Below, one piece after another: positions 1-8,453 of a DNA stretch of 64,000 nt. Source of the DNA: Streptomyces griseus (GTDB taxonomy: Bacteria > Actinomycetota > Actinomycetes > Nanopelagicales > Nanopelagicaceae); NCBI GenBank assembly GCA_945865365.1, contig CAMBDL010000006.1:2994-66993 (forward strand). The letters run 5' to 3'. Within the stretch, counting starts at the first letter, position 1. Every line of letters starts with the position of its first letter. A program made the position numbers and the translations under genes. Below the pieces are notes generated by a model. It did no database searches. It was not told the origin of the DNA and saw only the letters and a program-made list of their open reading frames with translations.

Positions 1-2
1 TT

Positions 3-743
3 GTGATCATCTTGGCCCAGTTTGCGGTGCCAAGTATTCACCACCAAAGAATTTTGCTTATTGGAGTAGTTCTAGCCCTGATATTTAGAGCGATATTTAT
101 CTCTATAGGTGCTGCAGCAATTGCCAAGTTCTCATTCACCTTTGTAATTTTCGGCGCAATTCTCCTCTGGACCGGAATCGGATTATTCCGACACTGGGAT
201 GAGGACCCTGAACCTAACGATAATTTTATGGTCCGAACAATTCGCTCGCGTGTAGCTATGGTTTCGGAGTTTCACGGGTCCAAACTCTTCATCACAGTAG
301 ATAAGAAGCGTTTTGCAACTCCTATGTTTTTAGTCATTATCGCCATTGCATCTACTGATTTATTGTTTGCTTTAGATTCAATCCCAGCAACATTTGGGGT
401 GACCTCACAAACCTTCCTTGTCTTTACAGCAAATGCCTTCGCACTCTTAGGTTTGCGAGCTTTATACTTCTTATTGAAAGGTTTACTTGAAAAATTAGTC
501 TATCTTTCACTAGGACTTTCCTTTATTCTCATGTTTATTGGGGCTAAGTTGATATTGACTTATTTCCATGAGCTCTTCAATGAGGTACCAAAAATTTCAA
601 CGCCAGTTAGCCTCGGAGTCATTACTGGTATTCTCATGATTTCGACAATTGCCAGTGCAATAAAGTCTAAATCAGATTCAACAGCCAGGGCGCATGCAGG
701 ACGAATCACAGGAGGCAAGGTGCATGAAGAAAAAACTAGCTAG
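3..743 (+). CDS. TerC/Alx family integral membrane protein (5' truncated by window edge)
   Basis: Multi-TM ORF with TerC motif STDLLFALDSIPATFGVT and FTANAFALLGLRALYF. Confidence 0.9.
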   Translation: MIILAQFAVPSIHHQRILLIGVVLALIFRAIFISIGAAAIAKFSFTFVIFGAILLWTGIGLFRHWDEDPEPNDNFMVRTIRSRVAMVSEFHGSKLFITVDKKRFATPMFLVIIAIASTDLLFALDSIPATFGVTSQTFLVFTANAFALLGLRALYFLLKGLLEKLVYLSLGLSFILMFIGAKLILTYFHELFNEVPKISTPVSLGVITGILMISTIASAIKSKSDSTARAHAGRITGGKVHEEKTS

Positions 744-978
744 CAGTTGGAGACTATTGCCATCTGGCCTGCGAAAAATTATTGTCTTAGTTTTCGGCTC
801 AACGTTAATAATTGTTGGTCTCTTGTTAATTGTTTTACCCGGACCATTCACTATGCCCTTGGTATTTGGTGGATTAGTGCTGTTAGCCCTTGAATTTAAG
901 TGGGCTGAAACGCTTCTCGTTCGAGTTAAACATCATGGAGCAAAGATTGTGCCAAAGAAGTTATTTAAGAAGCAATAG
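724..978 (+). CDS. Small PGPGW-domain-like membrane protein
   Basis: GGAGG at 711-715 before ATG 724; TM helix followed by LPGPF...LALEFKWA; overlaps the TerC stop. Confidence 0.65.
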   Translation: MKKKLASSWRLLPSGLRKIIVLVFGSTLIIVGLLLIVLPGPFTMPLVFGGLVLLALEFKWAETLLVRVKHHGAKIVPKKLFKKQ

Positions 979-1050
979 TTTTGTATCATAAAGTAATTGG
1001 AGTTAGTTCACCCTAACGCTGTTTTACCTTGTTGTTGTTTGACTTATAGT

Positions 1051-1605
1051 TTACTTTTCTAACAGCGTAGTTAACTCTGACGTTGTGCAGGTTTCACCTA
1101 ACCTCGGAAAAATAATCTCGATACTATTGTTATGCGCTTCTAAATTTGTATCAGTCATTGCATCAGTAACTAGAGTGACTGAGTAACCGAGTTCACGTGC
1201 ATGACGTGCCGTAGATTCGACTCCGATACTCGTTGACATACCAACCACAACAACTTGAGTAACACCTTTCGACTTCAAATAATCATCGAGATCGGTATTT
1301 GTGAACGCTCCCCATTGCTTTTTAGTAATCAAGTGGTCACTTGGTTGCTGATTTAATTCAGGAATTAAATCACTCCAGCCTTGTGGAAGTGCATCTAAGC
1401 CTGATGGCTTTTCAGTGCGGCCTTTAGGAGCGGCATCCACATTGACTAAAACAACGGGCAGATTATGCTTTCGATAGAGCGATACAAGACCAGCTGCGCG
1501 AGCAACTATTTCACTGGCTGGATGCACCTTTGGGCTAGTAACTATGCCCTGCTGTAGATCTATGACAACAATGGCGCAGACCGGATCTAGGGTAGAAATC
1601 GGCAT
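1051..1605 (-). CDS. Isochorismatase/cysteine hydrolase family protein (YecD-like)
   Basis: VVIDLQ, TKKQWGAF and GMSTSIGVESTAR motifs; start placed at ATG 1605 behind a GGGAG SD (ORF track starts at 1644). Confidence 0.85.
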   Translation of the reverse strand: MPISTLDPVCAIVVIDLQQGIVTSPKVHPASEIVARAAGLVSLYRKHNLPVVLVNVDAAPKGRTEKPSGLDALPQGWSDLIPELNQQPSDHLITKKQWGAFTNTDLDDYLKSKGVTQVVVVGMSTSIGVESTARHARELGYSVTLVTDAMTDTNLEAHNNSIEIIFPRLGETCTTSELTTLLEK

Positions 1606-1690
1606 AGGAGCGGCTCCCTGTGGGCAGATGGATGGGTCGTTCACAGGGTACGGCCATCTGTGAAAAAGGGTGAAATCCCATGTGTGGGTC

Positions 1691-1703
1691 GATTGTTGAC
1701 AAT
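1691..1703. promoter_or_regulatory. Putative GntR/FadR operator copy 1 (GATTGTTGACAAT)
   Basis: ATTGT-N2-ACAAT palindrome, nearly repeated at 1752-1764; a FadR-type GntR is encoded in the downstream operon. Confidence 0.55.
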
Positions 1704-1741
1704 ATCGCCCTTTATAGAGTAAAAATATCCTAGAAGGAGCA

Positions 1742-1771
1742 TTGACAGCAGGATTGTTGATAATTTAGCCT
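1742..1771 (+). promoter_or_regulatory. Sigma70-type promoter with operator copy 2 (GATTGTTGATAAT, 1752-1764) in the spacer
   Basis: TTGACA 1742-1747, 18-bp spacer, TAGCCT 1766-1771. Confidence 0.5.
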
Positions 1772-1821
1772 TCAGGAAACGTGTGACTCGTTACACATCT
1801 ATGTTCAGAAAGGTAATAACT

Positions 1822-3117
1822 GTGAAGTCAAAGGTTTCTCGTATTTTTGCACTCATCGCTGTGATTGGGCTGGCATTTACTGTGGTCCCTCAGGCGGTAG
1901 CGGCAACTGCCAAGCCAAAGGAAGTTCGGATCGGTTTGCTCTTTCCAACTACTGGCGGTTTTGCATTACTAGGTACTGATCAAATGATCGGTGCTGAGAT
2001 GGTTCTTAAGTGGGCAAATTCCAATGGTGGTATCAACGGCGTGCCTATTAAAATTTTTTACGGCGATTCAAAGAGTAATGCAGCAGAAGGTGCGACAGCT
2101 GCACAAAGAATGATTGATAATGACAAAGTAGATATCATTATCGGTTCATACAGCTCTGGAATTGCACAGGCAGTTATGCCTGTTGCTCAGCGTAATAATG
2201 TAATTCTTTGGGAAGTTGGTGCTGTTTCTCCAACAGTTAACTCTCAAGGTTATTCAAATTTCTTGCGTACTGTTGGTGTCTCCAAGACATATGCAGCGGC
2301 AGACTATGAATTTGTAACTAAGTTCCTTGCAAAGAAGCTTGGCAAGAAGGCAACTGATCTAAGAATTGCAATTGCAAACAACAACGGTGCATTTGCAGCA
2401 AGCGTTGGCGATGCAGTTAATGCACTCTTCGTTTCAAAGGGTATGAATGTTGTTGCTAAAGAAGTTTATCCTTCAACTTCTACTGATTTAACTCCTTTGG
2501 TTCTCAAGCTTAAGGCTGCAGCACCAGATGTTCTCTTCTTAACTCCTGATGCACCAGACTCACTTCTATTCTGGCAAACAGCTAAGACACAGGATTTCAA
2601 TGTGTCTGCACTAGTTGGCTCTTCAGGAATCGGTGGAGCTGGTTTCGTTGCTAAATTCGGTGCTGCTGGAGTTGAAGGCGTCTACGACGTTGAAGCACCT
2701 GCTTTAGCATCGATGAACACTTCAGGTCTAAAGCCACGTGTTGCAGATTTAACAGCACAATGGGTTAAGGAATTTGCAGCCGCACAGGGTCACCCATGTG
2801 CAGTTCACTGTGGTGATGGAATTGGTGGAGCGTACACATTAGTTACAGATGTACTTCCACGTGCACTTCGCTCGAGCAATAGCTTCAGCGCTTCTGCAAT
2901 AGTTTCAGCAGCCAGTAAGACCAATATCCAAGAAGGTGGAACTCCTCAAGGTTTTGGTGTTCAATTCACTGGAACTAATTCAGCTACCGTTGGTGAAAAT
3001 ACCAAGGCTAAGTCAGTGATTATGCAGTGGCAAGGTGGTGTGCTCAAGGTCGTATGGCCTGTAGCACTATCAACAGCTAGTCCATTTGCACCCATGAAGA
3101 CTTGGGATCAGCGCTAG
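1822..3117 (+). CDS. Liv/HAAT-family ABC transporter substrate-binding protein
   Basis: VRIGLLFPTTGGFALLG and GGINGVPIKIFYGD motifs; signal peptide ending AVA; start GTG 1822 behind an AAGGT SD (ORF track 1783). Confidence 0.9.
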   Translation: MKSKVSRIFALIAVIGLAFTVVPQAVAATAKPKEVRIGLLFPTTGGFALLGTDQMIGAEMVLKWANSNGGINGVPIKIFYGDSKSNAAEGATAAQRMIDNDKVDIIIGSYSSGIAQAVMPVAQRNNVILWEVGAVSPTVNSQGYSNFLRTVGVSKTYAAADYEFVTKFLAKKLGKKATDLRIAIANNNGAFAASVGDAVNALFVSKGMNVVAKEVYPSTSTDLTPLVLKLKAAAPDVLFLTPDAPDSLLFWQTAKTQDFNVSALVGSSGIGGAGFVAKFGAAGVEGVYDVEAPALASMNTSGLKPRVADLTAQWVKEFAAAQGHPCAVHCGDGIGGAYTLVTDVLPRALRSSNSFSASAIVSAASKTNIQEGGTPQGFGVQFTGTNSATVGENTKAKSVIMQWQGGVLKVVWPVALSTASPFAPMKTWDQR

Positions 3118-3185
3118 CCCTTACAAGCACAATAAATAACTAAAAGAAACAACCGTTAGACAACGAGGGAAAGTGGGAGCCACCA

Positions 3186-4052
3186 ATGTTCGGTTCGGCC
3201 TTAATAAGCGGGCTGGTCATTGGCGGCTTCTACTCCTTGGTAGGAGCCGGCCTTAACCTGATTTTTGGCGTCATTAAGATAATAAATTTTGCACAAGGTG
3301 CGATGTTATCGATTGGTGCATATTTAACATATTGGTTTGTCATCACAACGAAAGTTGATCCATATTTCGCTCTGCCATTCGTCGTTCTTGTGATGGCGTT
3401 CTTTGGCTTTTTCATTCAAAAGGTTCTAATCAATCCCGTGTTAAGTCAGGAGCGAACTAGCCAGTTGCTAATTACTTTTGGAATCGCTCTGGCAATACAG
3501 AACACAACACTTGCTCTCTGGGGCCCAGATCATCGATTTGTCACAACTTTTGCTAGCGACAAAACATTTGATATCGCAGGAATTCGAGTTGCCGCCACGG
3601 CTGCTATCGCACTTCTCGGAGCTTTGATTATTTTGTCGAGTCTCTTCTTGTTCCTTTCGCGAACTCGGCTTGGAACCGCAATTCGTGCCGTCGCCCAGCA
3701 ATCTGATTCAGCGCTCTTGTCTGGAATTGATGTCAAGAGAATTTATTCGATAGCTTTTGCAATTGGAGCAGGCCTCGTTGGCTTTGCCTCAGTGCTCATT
3801 GTCCCAATTTATGATGTCTATCCATTAGTAGGTGAACGCTTTGGAATTATTGCCTTTATCGTTGTTGTACTTGGTGGGCTTGGAAATATTCAGGGGGCTG
3901 CAATTGCCGGAGTTTTCTTAGGTGTAGTTCAAAATCTCTTTGCTGTTTATATCAGTGATGACCTATCTACTGCAGTTCTTTTTCTCATGTTTTTGGCTAC
4001 TTTGCTTTTTCGCCCTCAAGGCCTTTTTGTTAGAAAGATGAGGGTTGCATAA
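3186..4052 (+). CDS. LivH-like ABC permease
   Basis: GLNLIFGVIKIINFAQG and RLGTAIRAVAQ motifs. Confidence 0.92.
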   Translation: MFGSALISGLVIGGFYSLVGAGLNLIFGVIKIINFAQGAMLSIGAYLTYWFVITTKVDPYFALPFVVLVMAFFGFFIQKVLINPVLSQERTSQLLITFGIALAIQNTTLALWGPDHRFVTTFASDKTFDIAGIRVAATAAIALLGALIILSSLFLFLSRTRLGTAIRAVAQQSDSALLSGIDVKRIYSIAFAIGAGLVGFASVLIVPIYDVYPLVGERFGIIAFIVVVLGGLGNIQGAAIAGVFLGVVQNLFAVYISDDLSTAVLFLMFLATLLFRPQGLFVRKMRVA

Positions 4053-4053
4053 A

Positions 4054-5094
4054 GTGAGTACAACGAAAGTCTTATCCGAAAATGAGCGCGCTGAAATACT
4101 TCGCCCCCCGGGACTTCGCTCAGCAGGACTGCCAGTATTCATTGTTTCATCGGTGATTCTTGTTCTTCTTTTGGCAGTACCTGTTTTAACTGATATTCGA
4201 TTTTATTATTTGCAGGTAACAATTTTAATATTTTTCTACGCCACTCTTGGCACTGCTTGGGGAATTGTCGGCGGCTACTGCGGGCAGCACTCTATAGGCC
4301 AGGCAGCCTTTGTTGGTATTGGGGCATATACATCGACTCTGCTGTACATGAAAAAAGATATCTCGCCATGGATCGGATTACTTGCAGGAATGCTATTGGC
4401 CGCACTCATAGCCTTAATAATTGGATTTCCTCTCTTTAAGTATGGTTTAAGAGGTGACTACTTTGCTTTAGGCACTGTGGCACTAGGGCTGATTATTTAC
4501 GAATTAACTAATAGTTTTGCAACACTTACGGGTGGGTCTCAAGGTATTCCGCTGAAGTATGAAGATAACCCCTGGAACTTCCAATTCCCAGATCGTAAAT
4601 ATTATTATTATATTGCTTTTATTCTTTGGTTAGCGACAGTCGTAATCTCATATCGTCTTCGCAGATCTCGCCGTGGCTTTGAAATGTTGGCGGTACGAGA
4701 TGACGAAATCGCGGCAGCCCGAGGTGGAATTAGCATCATGCGAGCTAAACTCACGGCTTTCATCATCGGAGCTGTTATCTCAGCAGCAGCAGGTACTTTT
4801 TTCGCACAGTTCCTTTTGTTCATCGACCCTGGAACCGTAATGAGTTTAGAAATCTCCGTTCAAGTAATTTTAGTAGCCGTATTGGGCGGTATGAATAGTT
4901 ACCTTGGCGGAACTGTAGGAGCGATAATTTTGATACCCGTTTCTCAATTCTTATCATCAAAGTTCACTCAATCTCCTGGCGCTGATGTGGCCGTATATGG
5001 AGTTATTTTGATTGTGCTTGTTATCTTTATGCCAAATGGAATCCTTGGACTACTCCGTAAATCACCTCGATGGCGCAAGGTTATTGGGTGGTAG
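4054..5094 (+). CDS. LivM-like ABC permease
   Basis: GYCGQHSIGQAAFVGIGAY and LRGDYFALGT motifs; start GTG 4054 (alternative TTG 4045). Confidence 0.92.
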   Translation: MSTTKVLSENERAEILRPPGLRSAGLPVFIVSSVILVLLLAVPVLTDIRFYYLQVTILIFFYATLGTAWGIVGGYCGQHSIGQAAFVGIGAYTSTLLYMKKDISPWIGLLAGMLLAALIALIIGFPLFKYGLRGDYFALGTVALGLIIYELTNSFATLTGGSQGIPLKYEDNPWNFQFPDRKYYYYIAFILWLATVVISYRLRRSRRGFEMLAVRDDEIAAARGGISIMRAKLTAFIIGAVISAAAGTFFAQFLLFIDPGTVMSLEISVQVILVAVLGGMNSYLGGTVGAIILIPVSQFLSSKFTQSPGADVAVYGVILIVLVIFMPNGILGLLRKSPRWRKVIGW

Positions 5095-5096
5095 TA

Positions 5097-5816
5097 ATGA
5101 GTAATTCAATTCTGAGTATAGAAGGTGTAACCAAAAGCTTTGGTGGTCTTGATGTCCTTAAAGGAGTTTCACTCGAGATCGAGGCAGGCTCCATTACCGG
5201 AATTATCGGCCCCAATGGAGCTGGAAAGAGCACGCTTTTTGATATTATTACCGGGTATCAAACATCAGATAATGGCTCAATATTATTTGATGGAGAAAAT
5301 ATTGTAGGACTTCCTCCACACCTTTTTGCACGTCGAGGGTTAATTCGAACCTTTCAATTAACCCGTGTATTTACGCACTTAACAGTCTCTGAAAATCTCT
5401 TAGTATTTGCCGATGCAAAGAGCTATGGTGGCTCGGCGGGAACCAAGGAAAAAGCCCTTGATTTACTGGAGTTTGTTCATCTGATTGGTTTAGCAAATGA
5501 TGAGGCTTCTACCCTCTCATATGGGCAACTTAAGTTGCTTGAGCTTGCTCAAGTATTGATGCATTCACCCAAATTATTACTACTCGACGAACCCTTCGCA
5601 GGAATAAATCCTGGGCTCATTGACAAGATCGTTCAGCATTTACGTGATCTCAATAAAGCCGGCATGACGATAGTTCTCATTGAACATAATCTTCCTATGG
5701 TGGCGAGTTTGTGTGATTCAATCGCAGTGGTGAGCAATGGAGTTATTGAAATAGTTGGTACTCCTGATGAAGTCGTGAACAACCCTCGCGTTAAGGAGGT
5801 GTTCCTAGGTGGCTAA
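5097..5816 (+). CDS. LivG-like ABC ATPase
   Basis: Walker A GPNGAGKST, LSYGQ signature, LLLLDEP. Confidence 0.93.
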   Translation: MSNSILSIEGVTKSFGGLDVLKGVSLEIEAGSITGIIGPNGAGKSTLFDIITGYQTSDNGSILFDGENIVGLPPHLFARRGLIRTFQLTRVFTHLTVSENLLVFADAKSYGGSAGTKEKALDLLEFVHLIGLANDEASTLSYGQLKLLELAQVLMHSPKLLLLDEPFAGINPGLIDKIVQHLRDLNKAGMTIVLIEHNLPMVASLCDSIAVVSNGVIEIVGTPDEVVNNPRVKEVFLGG

Positions 5817-6549
5817 TACACAGCAGAGAAATATTCTTGAAGTTCACAATCTGATATCTGGCTATGGACGAATTGAGACTCTCCATGGAATCAACATGGA
5901 TGTACCCACTGGTGGAATCACTGCAATTATTGGCCCCAATGGTTCGGGAAAGAGCTCTTTACTGAAATCCGTTTCAGGACTCATCAAAACCTGGAGCGGA
6001 AATGTTGCTTTAGATGGCAAGGACATAACGAACTTTGCAGCCCATAAGCTCGTAAATGAAGGCATGACAATGGTGCCTCAAGGAAGAGTTGTTTTTCCTC
6101 AACTCTCAGTAGAAGAGAACCTGCGTATAAATGCTTTTACCGTTAGATCAAGAGAAATAGTTCAAGAGCGGCTCGAGCAAGTGTATGAGTTTTTACCAAT
6201 ACTTTCTGAAAGGCGCAAACAGTTCGCTGGCAATCTTTCTGGTGGTGAGCAAGTAATGCTTTCAATTGCAAAGGTTTTAATGCAAAAGCCTAAACTACTT
6301 TTATTAGATGAGCCTTCATTAGGATTATCACCAAAAATTGTAGATTTTGTTTATGACCGTATTCAACTCCTTGCCAAAAATGGAGTTGATGTTTTAGTAG
6401 TTGAGCAAAATACAAAGAAAGCACTGAGTATTGCTGACCATGTTGTTGTTCTCGTTCTCGGAACTGTTCGCTTTGAAGGCGCGCCAAAAACGCTGGAAAA
6501 AGAAGTAGACCTCGGTCGATTATTTCTTGAGGGAAGGATCGCTGAGTGA
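5809..6549 (+). CDS. LivF-like ABC ATPase
   Basis: GPNGSGKSS, LSGGEQVML, LLLLDEPSLGL. Confidence 0.93.
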   Translation: MANTQQRNILEVHNLISGYGRIETLHGINMDVPTGGITAIIGPNGSGKSSLLKSVSGLIKTWSGNVALDGKDITNFAAHKLVNEGMTMVPQGRVVFPQLSVEENLRINAFTVRSREIVQERLEQVYEFLPILSERRKQFAGNLSGGEQVMLSIAKVLMQKPKLLLLDEPSLGLSPKIVDFVYDRIQLLAKNGVDVLVVEQNTKKALSIADHVVVLVLGTVRFEGAPKTLEKEVDLGRLFLEGRIAE

Positions 6550-7730
6550 TAGATTCAAGTGAAACTTTGCCCTTGGCGTGCACCATCATGCGTGGTGGAA
6601 CTAGCCGGGCAATCTTCTTTCGTGCTGAAAATCTACCTTCTTCACGTCCTGATATTGAAAAGATTTTGCGTAATGTTCTCGGTAGTCCAGATGCCAGACA
6701 GACAAACGGATTAGGCGGTGCAACTCCGCAGACAAGCAAGGTAGCAATCATCTCCAAGTCAGAACGTGAAGATGCAGATGTTGATTATCTCTTTGCTCAA
6801 GTTGATATTACGAGTGAGCTCATAGACTGGGGAGGAAACTGTGGAAATATCTCTTCTGCTGTTGGCCCCTTCTCTATTAACGAAGGATTAGTAAAGGCCC
6901 ATACTGACGGCTCGATTACCCCAGTTAGAATTAATAATGTGAATACTGGCAAAATTATCGTCGCACAGGTTCCTGTTTATGGTGGTCGTGCCGCAGTTGA
7001 GGGCACGACATATATTGCTGGGCTTGCAAACCCAGGGGCTCGCATAGATTTAGATTTCTTAAGTCCAACTGGTGCAGTCTCTGGCAGAGTGCTACCAACT
7101 GGAAATTTGCAGGATGACATGACCCTCACCGACGGTCGACATATCCGGGTTTCAGTCGTAGATGCAGCAAATCCGACGGTTTTTGTTCGTGCTCACGATA
7201 TTAATATGACCGGTACTGAATTACCTGCTGAGATTGAGAGCCGCCCGGATATTCTGAAAGTGGTAGAAGAGATTCGTGGACAAGTCGCCGTATGGCTTGG
7301 GTTAACAATGAGTTCTGATCGAGCCTCCACTGAGACGCCAGGGTTGCCAAAGATTGGATTTATCAGTGCTGCAACAGATTACACAATGAGTTCAGGTGGG
7401 AAAATTTCAAAGGGTGAGATTGATTTAACAGTAAGAATGTTTTCAATTCGCTCTCCACATAAGGCCTGCCAAATAACTGCAGGTATTGCAACTGGTGTTG
7501 CCAGCTTATTACCGGGCACGGTAGTTGCGGAGATGATGACTTTAAAAGCTTCATCAACAGGAAGTACTGAAGTTCGCCTAGGCCATCCATCTGGGATTAT
7601 GCAAACCGTTGTGCATCACATCAATGGCCAGCCAGATCAAGTATCTAAAGTTTCAGTAGTGCGAACAGCAAGAGCAATAATGGATGGATTTGTGCACGTA
7701 CCTAAGCAACTCCTTGAAGGTCTCACATGA
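6546..7730 (+). CDS. PrpF/Mii-family isomerase
   Basis: MRGGTSR, GLGGATPQTSK, GNCGNISSAVGPF (catalytic Cys), RTARAIMDG. Confidence 0.9.
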   Translation: MIDSSETLPLACTIMRGGTSRAIFFRAENLPSSRPDIEKILRNVLGSPDARQTNGLGGATPQTSKVAIISKSEREDADVDYLFAQVDITSELIDWGGNCGNISSAVGPFSINEGLVKAHTDGSITPVRINNVNTGKIIVAQVPVYGGRAAVEGTTYIAGLANPGARIDLDFLSPTGAVSGRVLPTGNLQDDMTLTDGRHIRVSVVDAANPTVFVRAHDINMTGTELPAEIESRPDILKVVEEIRGQVAVWLGLTMSSDRASTETPGLPKIGFISAATDYTMSSGGKISKGEIDLTVRMFSIRSPHKACQITAGIATGVASLLPGTVVAEMMTLKASSTGSTEVRLGHPSGIMQTVVHHINGQPDQVSKVSVVRTARAIMDGFVHVPKQLLEGLT

Positions 7731-7745
7731 GGAGAGTGATTTTTC

Positions 7746-8438
7746 ATGCCAGATAAACGCAGAGCTAAAGTCTCTGGAGCTGAGGCAATTGACTACACAG
7801 AAAACTCATTGCGCAGACTTATTGTCGATGGATTTTATACTCCAGGTGAGCGCATTAGTGATACTTCCCTTTCAAATGAACTTGGGGTTAGTCGCACAAC
7901 CATTCGTGAGGCTTTCCAGCGCTTAGTAAAAGAGGGTCTGATTTCCATTATTCCTAATCGGGGAGCCTTTGTTACACAATTGAGTCGGGAAGAAATTACT
8001 AAGTGCTATGAAGTTCGTGAAGCTTTAGAAGTTCATGCTGTCCGCCTAGCAACTCAAAAAGCCCCAGTTGAGCGCTTACTTGCCCTACAGGGAATGCTCA
8101 CAATTACACAGGCGTCGATTGTTGAACATGGTGGGCGCTATCCGGTAGATCTAGATTTTCACGAAAAAATCTTTGAATTAGCTGATAATGCTTTGCTTTC
8201 AGAGCACGCAAGCCAAGTGAATGCAAAATTAAGACTTTCACGCAGTAAATCTGGCTTTATGCCAGCTCGAGCTCGTGAGGCTTATGCCGAGCATGTAGAA
8301 ATTCTCAATGCAATGTTGCGAAGAGATGCTCAGGGGGCAGTAGATGCGATGCGTAATCACGTCACGAACTCACGTATAAATTCTGAAGAAAGAGAAGATT
8401 CATTGAATTCGACTAAGCAAATTCTGCTTAAGCGATAA
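7746..8438 (+). CDS. GntR family (FadR/FCD) transcriptional regulator
   Basis: wHTH ELGVSRTTIREA...NRGAFV followed by an FCD-like domain (DLDFH, EHVEIL). Confidence 0.92.
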   Translation: MPDKRRAKVSGAEAIDYTENSLRRLIVDGFYTPGERISDTSLSNELGVSRTTIREAFQRLVKEGLISIIPNRGAFVTQLSREEITKCYEVREALEVHAVRLATQKAPVERLLALQGMLTITQASIVEHGGRYPVDLDFHEKIFELADNALLSEHASQVNAKLRLSRSKSGFMPARAREAYAEHVEILNAMLRRDAQGAVDAMRNHVTNSRINSEEREDSLNSTKQILLKR

Positions 8439-8453
8439 TCGAGGGGGAAGAAA

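Noticed and set aside
1781-1796. CRP-like site
   Set aside because: The spacing is GTGA-N4-TTAC, not TGTGA-N6-TCACA; kept only as a generic palindrome
6290-6757. Many 60-155 aa ORFs in the six-frame track (also 14375-14812, 30924-31373, 60636-61061)
   Set aside because: They overlap well-supported genes in another frame or strand and have no motifs or start signals
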